From positions 4,996 to 68,995 of the forward strand of contig JAPLVK010000015.1 of NCBI GenBank assembly GCA_026397175.1: DNA of 64,000 nt, written 5' to 3'. Source of the stretch: Candidatus Berkelbacteria bacterium. GTDB lineage: Bacteria > Patescibacteriota > UBA1384 > DTJR01. The notes under the pieces were generated by a model. The model was not told the DNA's origin and made no database searches. It saw only the letters and a program-made list of their open reading frames with translations. The position numbers were made by a program, and so were the translations under genes. Of this stretch, positions 57,949 through 64,000 are shown one piece after another (the first letter of the stretch is position 1; the number at the start of each line of letters is the position of its first letter).

Positions 57949-58887
57949 ATGTTTGAGAAGATAGCGCAAATAATTCTTGGTCTGTTTAGTTTTTCACGGG
58001 GCACGCGGCTTTATAGCTCGCTCGAATTTTTTATTGCCGACATAATTAAAATTTTTCTGCTACTTACCATAATAATTTTTGTTGTTTCGATTATTCGATC
58101 ATATCTGCCCCCAGACAGAATCCGAAAATTCTTGGCAGGAAAAAACTCTATTTTTTCATCGGTTGTTGCCGCTTTGATCGGAATTATTACCCCGTTTTGT
58201 TCGTGTTCAGCGATTCCACTTTTTCTGGGCTTTATCGAAGCGGGAGTTCCTGTTGGCGCAACATTTTCTTTTCTGATTGCTTCGCCAATGGTTAATGAAG
58301 TAGCGCTCATTTTACTTTTATCAATGTTTGGCCTTAAAATCGCTCTTATTTATGCAGGGCTAGGGCTTCTAATTGCAATAATCTCCGGGCTTATTCTTGG
58401 TAAAATCGGTGCTGAAAAATGGATCATTAACATCGAGACCCGCGAACTGGCCCACAAAACCGGCCAAATGGCCTTTAAAATGCGTCTCATTTATGCCAAA
58501 AATTATACTGAAAATATAGTCAAGAATGTATGGATTTATATAGTCATTGGTGTTGGGATCGGTGCTGTAGTTCACGGTTATGTGCCAGTTGATTACCTAA
58601 GCTCAATTGCATCAAAAAACCATTGGTATGCGGTGCCGGCTGCAGTTTTGCTCGGAGTTCCTCTTTATTCAAATGCTGCCGGCATTATTCCTCTGATTAG
58701 TGTTTTAACCGAAAAGGGTGTGGCAATTGGAACAGTTCTGGCTTTTATGATGGCAGTTACAGGCCTATCATTTCCTGAATTTATGATTTTGAAAAAGGTT
58801 CTTCGCTGGCAGCTTTTGGCGATTTTTATCGCAATTGTTACAGTCGGCATTATTGCCGCCGGATATTTGTTCAATGCGATTATCTAG
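57949..58887 (+). CDS. DUF318/ArsP-like permease (TPFCSCS motif)
   Basis: IITPFCSCSAIPLF matches the ArsP/COG0701 permease signature. Confidence 0.65.
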   Translation: MFEKIAQIILGLFSFSRGTRLYSSLEFFIADIIKIFLLLTIIIFVVSIIRSYLPPDRIRKFLAGKNSIFSSVVAALIGIITPFCSCSAIPLFLGFIEAGVPVGATFSFLIASPMVNEVALILLLSMFGLKIALIYAGLGLLIAIISGLILGKIGAEKWIINIETRELAHKTGQMAFKMRLIYAKNYTENIVKNVWIYIVIGVGIGAVVHGYVPVDYLSSIASKNHWYAVPAAVLLGVPLYSNAAGIIPLISVLTEKGVAIGTVLAFMMAVTGLSFPEFMILKKVLRWQLLAIFIAIVTVGIIAAGYLFNAII

Positions 58888-59113
58888 TTTTCTCTTGCAT
58901 AGTTATGCTTTGGTGCTAATATCTTTTGGAGAACTTGTACCTTAGATTAAAGAGGTGTTTTTGATGAGTGGCCAAAAACCGTTCTGGTCGAAGATTGCGG
59001 ACGCCATCAACGAGATCCACTATCGTTCTTTCACTTCGAAAGACGGTAAGTCGTATGCTCTAACCGGTTACTGGTCGCGTGCATCACGAGGGCACATCAA
59101 AAAGCTCTCGTTT

Positions 59114-59950
59114 TTATTCTCCAGTGTTGCTTGACTCACCACCGGTATCAGATGAGTCGGTTGAACCGGACTGAATCTGGTTGATTGCTTTGTCAATTTC
59201 TTCTTGCGAGGGACTCGCAGGAGCCGAAATAGCCGCTTCTTCTTTGATGGGAGATGGAACATCTATCGAGATTTTAGAATAGCTGAATTCAGAAATTGAC
59301 TGATTGTTGCTTTTATCGACAGAAATAGTTTTTCTAAGTTGGTAATCCTTGTTGTCGAAAAGTATGTATTCGGTGGAATCGGTTATAGCGGGATCAATAA
59401 CTTGATACTTAAAGCAGGTTAGCTTTCCACAGGCCTCGGTTCCGATCTTTTTATATTCGGTTTTATCCTCCGCCTTTTCCGCTTTTTGATTAAATTGTAG
59501 TTCGTCTTTTATCGTATTTGCACTGCTATCACTTTGAGGAGTTATGGTGCTTTTTACCCATTTACCATCAGTATAATCCTTTGTATAAGTATCATTCCCG
59601 ATGGTGACAATGTTCATATCCTCATTGTCGCCTTGATAGCTTGTTAGTTGCGTTTTATCACTCCCGACTGATTTCATTGTCATTTTTACCTCTTTGCCTT
59701 CAAAGGTCGAAGTTGTGGTTGCCGAAAAATATTTGATCTCTTTCCATCCGTTAATAAATTTACATAAGTCGGGGTCGTTATATTTGCACGAAGAGCTAAT
59801 AGGAACAATCTTGTTGACAATACTTGTACCGGATTTTTTGGCAAAAAACACGAAATAAGCGACCGCTAATGCTGCTAGAACAACTAGAATAATCACAATT
59901 GCTAGAACAGGACTCTTTTTTGACGGCGCAGAAGCTTCTGCTGGATCCAT
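59114..59950 (-). CDS. hypothetical secreted protein (N-terminal TM, Ser/Thr-rich C-terminus)
   Basis: ORF with signal-anchor. Confidence 0.45.
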   Translation of the reverse strand: MDPAEASAPSKKSPVLAIVIILVVLAALAVAYFVFFAKKSGTSIVNKIVPISSSCKYNDPDLCKFINGWKEIKYFSATTTSTFEGKEVKMTMKSVGSDKTQLTSYQGDNEDMNIVTIGNDTYTKDYTDGKWVKSTITPQSDSSANTIKDELQFNQKAEKAEDKTEYKKIGTEACGKLTCFKYQVIDPAITDSTEYILFDNKDYQLRKTISVDKSNNQSISEFSYSKISIDVPSPIKEEAAISAPASPSQEEIDKAINQIQSGSTDSSDTGGESSNTGE

Positions 59951-60167
59951 AAAACCCCCTTATTTATTTTATTTTATTTAATTTTATCTTTTTTTCGTTT
60001 TAAATTAAAGAGAAGCATATGGATTATTGATATGATCGGGAACGGAGTTCCGAATTAATCAATATTCATTGACAAATCAACTAAATGAGTTTGAGGAGGG
60101 GACTATAATCAATACATTAATTCTGGTAAAATTAATTTGGAGATATAAAATTAAAGGAGGAGTGGTT

Positions 60168-60329
60168 ATGTCAATTGTATCGGAATCAGAATTCAAGGGG
60201 AATCCAATGATAGTTATCAAAAACGACGAAGAGGATAAATACCCTTTTCAATTCGGTGTAAAAAAAGCGAAGCTTGTTTTGGAAAATATCGAAGAAGTTA
60301 AAAAATTTGTCGAAAAATACGACAAATAG
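60168..60329 (+). CDS. small hypothetical protein
   Basis: Strong RBS AAAGGAGGAG before ATG 60168 (ORF track starts upstream at 60069). Confidence 0.35.
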   Translation: MSIVSESEFKGNPMIVIKNDEEDKYPFQFGVKKAKLVLENIEEVKKFVEKYDK

Positions 60330-60405
60330 AAATAGAAATTGATAGTGGATGCCCATTGTCAAATTATTTGGTGGTTGAGAAAAGTGCAAAGTAGAGGAGG
60401 TCAAA

Positions 60406-60849
60406 ATGATCGAGGATATTAAAAAGGCATTGGAAAGCTACGAAGGAGATTGGAACGAGAAAAAAGGTGTGTATGAGTTCAAGTCAACTATTGCCGAGCG
60501 TAAAGCGTTTTTGTCAAAAAAGAAACTAACATATTCGGCTAAAGTGCGCGTTGACGACGACGCAAAATCCGTCAAATTTTCAGAAATGCTGATCGAAGCG
60601 GGATCTGGTCTGTCGTCTGGCGGAGGAGGATTTGATGGGGACTCCGGAATGTCCGCTGGATTTGGATTTAAGAAAGAGTCATACAACACCATGAGCGGAG
60701 CACGCGAAGGAAATATTGAAGAGCAGTCAAATCTTTTTGGCAAGAATTTCGAATATAAGTTCAACTACAAAGAAATCAGGTCTAAGGTTGACGCTACTGC
60801 CAAGAAAGCCGGCTACAAATTCGAGTATCAAATCCTACCGGTAAGATAG
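60406..60849 (+). CDS. hypothetical protein with Gly-rich centre
   Basis: RBS GAGGAGG before ATG. Confidence 0.45.
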   Translation: MIEDIKKALESYEGDWNEKKGVYEFKSTIAERKAFLSKKKLTYSAKVRVDDDAKSVKFSEMLIEAGSGLSSGGGGFDGDSGMSAGFGFKKESYNTMSGAREGNIEEQSNLFGKNFEYKFNYKEIRSKVDATAKKAGYKFEYQILPVR

Positions 60850-60855
60850 AAAAGT

Positions 60856-61188
60856 TTATTTCTTTGCTGGTTTTGCAGCAATCTTTGCTACTTTTGTATA
60901 GTTTTTTTCTAGTTTGCTCTTAATGTCAACAGCATCTTTTTTGCTGATTTTCTTTTCTGCCTCGTAGACCTCAACTACTTTGCTAACAATTTCATCATAT
61001 TTTCCTTTGGTAATCTTACCGGCCTTTGCAATCTCGGCAGCAATCGTTTCCTTTATTTCGTGGAGATATTTCGCAATATCTTTTCTTGTTTCTTCGCCCG
61101 ATTTTGGCGCAAGTAATATTCCCGCAATTGCTCCCGCAATTACCCCAACAGAAGCCCCAATAATTACTCCTTTTGTTTGCTTGTCCAT
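60856..61188 (-). CDS. YtxH-like membrane-associated stress protein
   Basis: GASVGVIAGAIAGILLAPKSGEETR N-terminal signature. Confidence 0.6.
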   Translation of the reverse strand: MDKQTKGVIIGASVGVIAGAIAGILLAPKSGEETRKDIAKYLHEIKETIAAEIAKAGKITKGKYDEIVSKVVEVYEAEKKISKKDAVDIKSKLEKNYTKVAKIAAKPAKK

Positions 61189-61268
61189 TTAGTCCTCCAA
61201 ATTAGTTTAGATTCTTTAAAGTTATTTTACCAGAATACTTCTCCGGTAACAATTAAAAATTACTATAA

Positions 61269-61580
61269 TTAATCTGATATTTGTTTCTCTTTTGATTTTT
61301 GCCACGCGACATAACCAGAGATTGCTGTTGCCAAACCGGAAATTGCAGCAACCATGTCGTCGCCTTGTCCGGCAACCGGAATAACATCCGGGATTATATC
61401 AACCGGACTGATTATATAAACAGCAGAAAATATGGTTGCAACTAAAGAAATAATTGAATAAATTTTTAAAATTGATTGACGAAGTTTGCTGTTTGGCAGC
61501 GCTAACAAAACAAAAAACACCACCAAGAGTGCGGTTATGCAAATCACAATTACTTTTAGAAAGTCCCAAAATGCATCCAT
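61269..61580 (-). CDS. DUF1232 (YkvA-like) membrane protein
   Basis: SPVDIIPDVIPVAGQGDD motif. Confidence 0.6.
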   Translation of the reverse strand: MDAFWDFLKVIVICITALLVVFFVLLALPNSKLRQSILKIYSIISLVATIFSAVYIISPVDIIPDVIPVAGQGDDMVAAISGLATAISGYVAWQKSKEKQISD

Positions 61581-61792
61581 TTAAATCAATTTTTTTATAA
61601 TTTCTTGAATTAAAACTTACCATAAATTTTTAACTTGCGGTAATTTTAACCCTAATTTGTTGACTTACTTGATCCATTCTGCTATCCTTAGTACTTCGAG
61701 GATTGTTCTATAGATTTCCGAAAAAATATTTCGATGTTCTACAGAGCCATATCGAAATATAAAATAAGCGCTTTTCGCGCGTAGGAAATCAA

Positions 61793-63007
61793 ATGTTCAA
61801 ACAAAATAGATCTAGGAGTTTTAGTAATAACAATTTTAGCCGATCATCTAGGAATTTTTCGAGATCAAATCAATTTAGACGAAGTCATAATGTAAGGCCA
61901 AACAGGGGAGAGAGAATTGACGAGTCAAGATTCGTAAAAAAATCTGATCAGCAAGCAAGCCAAGAAATAAAAGTCGAAAATACTTTTGCTAGTTTTGGAT
62001 TTTGCTCGCAATTAAGTAAAAATTTACAAGCGAGAAACTATACCCTTCCGACTCCGATTCAAGATCAATCAATAGGCCATATTCTAAAAGGCCGGGATCT
62101 CGTTGGCCTTGCCAATACCGGAACCGGTAAAACCGCTGCGTTTTTGCTGCCATTGATCGAAAAATGTTTTGCCGATAAATCAAAAAAGGTCTTAATAATT
62201 GCTCCGACCAGAGAACTTGCCCAGCAAATTAATGATGAGTTTAAAAAATTCTCGCAAAGCATGGGACTATATTCTGCAATTTGTGTCGGCGGAATTCCGA
62301 TTTATCGCCAGATTTCGACTTTGCGCCAAAACCCAAATTTTGTGATTGGAACCCCCGGAAGATTAAAAGATCTAAAAGAGCGCAGAGTAATTGATTTTTC
62401 AAGATTTAGATTTGTGGTTTTGGATGAAATTGACCGAATGCTCGATATGGGTTTTGTAGAAGAAATAAGAAAAATTCTTAGTGAGCTACCCAGAGAGCGC
62501 CAGTCGTTATTCTTTTCCGCAACGATTCCCCAAAAAATCAAAGATCTCGTAAATCAGTTTTTAAATAATCCGGTTTCAATTCAGGTCTCAACTGGAGAAA
62601 CAGCGCAAAATGTTGACCAAGATATTATAAGGGTCTCAAGCAATCAGAAATTTAACCGCCTTAAGGATTTGTTAATAACGCAAGAGCTTCAAAAAGTGCT
62701 GATTTTTTCCGAAACAAAACGAGGGGTCGAAAGATTAACCGAGGACTTATTAAGAGACGGATTTAAAGCCGATTCAATTCACGGCAATAAACGACAGACG
62801 CAGCGACAAAGAGCGCTGTTAAAATTTAAAGAAAATGAAGTTCAGGTGCTTGTAGCGACAGATGTTGCGGCAAGGGGTCTTGATATTAACAATATTACTC
62901 ATGTCATAAATTATACGCTTCCCCAGACCTACAACGATTACATTCACCGAATCGGCCGAACCGGCCGCGGCGATAAAAAAGGGTTTGCTCTAACTTTCGT
63001 CAGCTAG
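61793..63007 (+). CDS. DEAD-box ATP-dependent RNA helicase (DEID variant) with Arg/Ser-rich N-terminus
   Basis: Q motif, ANTGTGKT, VLDEID, SAT, HRIGRTGR. Confidence 0.9.
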   Translation: MFKQNRSRSFSNNNFSRSSRNFSRSNQFRRSHNVRPNRGERIDESRFVKKSDQQASQEIKVENTFASFGFCSQLSKNLQARNYTLPTPIQDQSIGHILKGRDLVGLANTGTGKTAAFLLPLIEKCFADKSKKVLIIAPTRELAQQINDEFKKFSQSMGLYSAICVGGIPIYRQISTLRQNPNFVIGTPGRLKDLKERRVIDFSRFRFVVLDEIDRMLDMGFVEEIRKILSELPRERQSLFFSATIPQKIKDLVNQFLNNPVSIQVSTGETAQNVDQDIIRVSSNQKFNRLKDLLITQELQKVLIFSETKRGVERLTEDLLRDGFKADSIHGNKRQTQRQRALLKFKENEVQVLVATDVAARGLDINNITHVINYTLPQTYNDYIHRIGRTGRGDKKGFALTFVS

Positions 63008-63094
63008 CTAAAAATGGTTTCTTGCCGGTATCAATTGAATAAAATTCGACTCTTCAAATTGCTAAAATATTAGTCATTAGGTACTCTTAATATA

Positions 63095-64000
63095 ATGGAC
63101 GAAGAAAAAATTGCGCCAAATAATGGCTGGTTAAAATCGTTTTTGATATTTATATTTTTTGTAGCAGCTATCGGCGGCACGGTCTGGTATGTCGGATCTT
63201 TACAATGTTCGTTTCCAGTCAAATTTGCAGTTGGACAAATTGATCAGAGATTTAAACTTTCAGAGTCGGATATAAAATTAGTTGGTCAAGATGCGGCGTC
63301 AAGATGGGATCAAACATTGAACAAAGATGTTCTCGAATATGATCCGAACGCATCGCTAAAAATCAATCTTGTTTACGACGAGCGACAATCAAAGGTTGAT
63401 CAGCTAAATAGCGAGTCGGCAAAAATAGGCCAATCAGCTCAATCGGTAGAAAGTTTTAGACAAAAATTTAAGTCGCTGCTGTCGTCGTACGAAAAGGACT
63501 TGGCAAATTACAACGCTAAAGTGGAGTCATGGAATAACCAAGGCGGGGCTCCGCACGATGTTTATAGCGAATTACAAAAAGAATCAAAAGATCTGGAACA
63601 AAGAAGGGTGTCTTTAAATAATGTTGCCAGTTTGCTTAACACCCAAATAGATCAGCACAATTCAAATCTCGGCCAATTTAATCAAGAAGTCGAAACCCAG
63701 AGCAACAAACTTATTACTCAAGGTTTGTATTATGAAGATCAAAATAAAATTGATATTTTTACATATTACGACAAAGAAGAATTACGATTGGTTTTAATGC
63801 ACGAGCTGGGACATGCGATGGGAATTGACGAGCACACGACAAACGAAAAATCGATTATGTTTGCGGTTTTAGAAAAACAAAATCTTAAGGATCCGCAACC
63901 GTTAGAGGAGGACATTGCTGCGATTTCAAATAAATGCAATTTATCAAATAATTTTTCTCTAAATAATCTCGAGATTCAATTTAAAGCTGTCATTAGAAAT
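63095..64000 (+). CDS. partial (3' truncated by window) secreted protein with HExxH zinc-metalloprotease motif
   Basis: N-terminal TM; LVLMHELGHAMGIDEH; no stop before the window end. Confidence 0.5.
   Translation, partial: MDEEKIAPNNGWLKSFLIFIFFVAAIGGTVWYVGSLQCSFPVKFAVGQIDQRFKLSESDIKLVGQDAASRWDQTLNKDVLEYDPNASLKINLVYDERQSKVDQLNSESAKIGQSAQSVESFRQKFKSLLSSYEKDLANYNAKVESWNNQGGAPHDVYSELQKESKDLEQRRVSLNNVASLLNTQIDQHNSNLGQFNQEVETQSNKLITQGLYYEDQNKIDIFTYYDKEELRLVLMHELGHAMGIDEHTTNEKSIMFAVLEKQNLKDPQPLEEDIAAISNKCNLSNNFSLNNLEIQFKAVIRN

Noticed and set aside
1-64000. CRISPR arrays and rRNA genes
   Set aside because: No regularly spaced short direct repeats and no rRNA-like conserved segments were seen.

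Overview
AT-rich window (about 38-40% GC by eye), compact and gene-dense, mostly + strand. Gene content suggests a small-genome Patescibacteria/CPR-like bacterium; this is inference from content, not a database hit. Core content between about 13 kb and 47 kb includes S1-domain protein, AlaRS, an FtsA/PilM-like ATPase, YqgF, MltG, the mreBCD-mrdA cluster, GreA, SerRS, HPF, SecA, PolX, a CapA-like protein, ftsE-ftsX plus a coiled-coil CHAP hydrolase, RuvB, TsaE, an LCP protein, a parvulin PPIase and a DEAD-box helicase. Six tRNA genes are present: Val-TAC, Phe-GAA, Leu-TAA, Asp-GTC, plus a 3' fragment at the window edge. Two accessory regions stand out. (1) 6.0-12.7 kb: a composite element abuts the 3' end of tRNA-Leu and is built from two adjacent modules, each bounded by long (115-150 bp) near-perfect inverted repeats. 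Module A carries a large serine recombinase, here precisely split by an IS110-family insertion. Module B carries an HTH regulator and paralogous membrane proteins. A tRNA-3'-end-derived core (CACCAAA) lies at all module boundaries. (2) 47.6-53.7 kb: a second element with the same architecture abuts tRNA-Asp, with an intact serine recombinase. Its cargo is an XRE / ImmA-IrrE / PIN-like triad plus a zinc-ribbon protein with a C-terminal DUF559/Vsr-like nuclease domain, a candidate defence cassette. The cargo-module inverted repeats of the two elements are homologous and share the motif GGAAGGrGGGGTTGGGGGGArGGAATT. I could not match this 'tRNA - IR - serine recombinase - IR | IR - cargo - IR' architecture to a described element family from memory, and it is the main candidate for something new. 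Other notable items: a REP-like repeat family around an IS200/RAYT-type Y1 transposase (54-58 kb); a high-GC (about 55%) PHP-domain gene embedded at 2.6-4.4 kb; a tRNA-Phe with a duplicated 22-bp 3' end; a 20-bp GC palindrome family at three loci; two long perfect palindromes centred on ACGATCGT; a possible ncRNA upstream of serS; and two apparent frameshifts (SecA C-terminal zinc-finger tail; a bPH_2 membrane protein at a T7 tract). No CRISPR array and no rRNA were seen.
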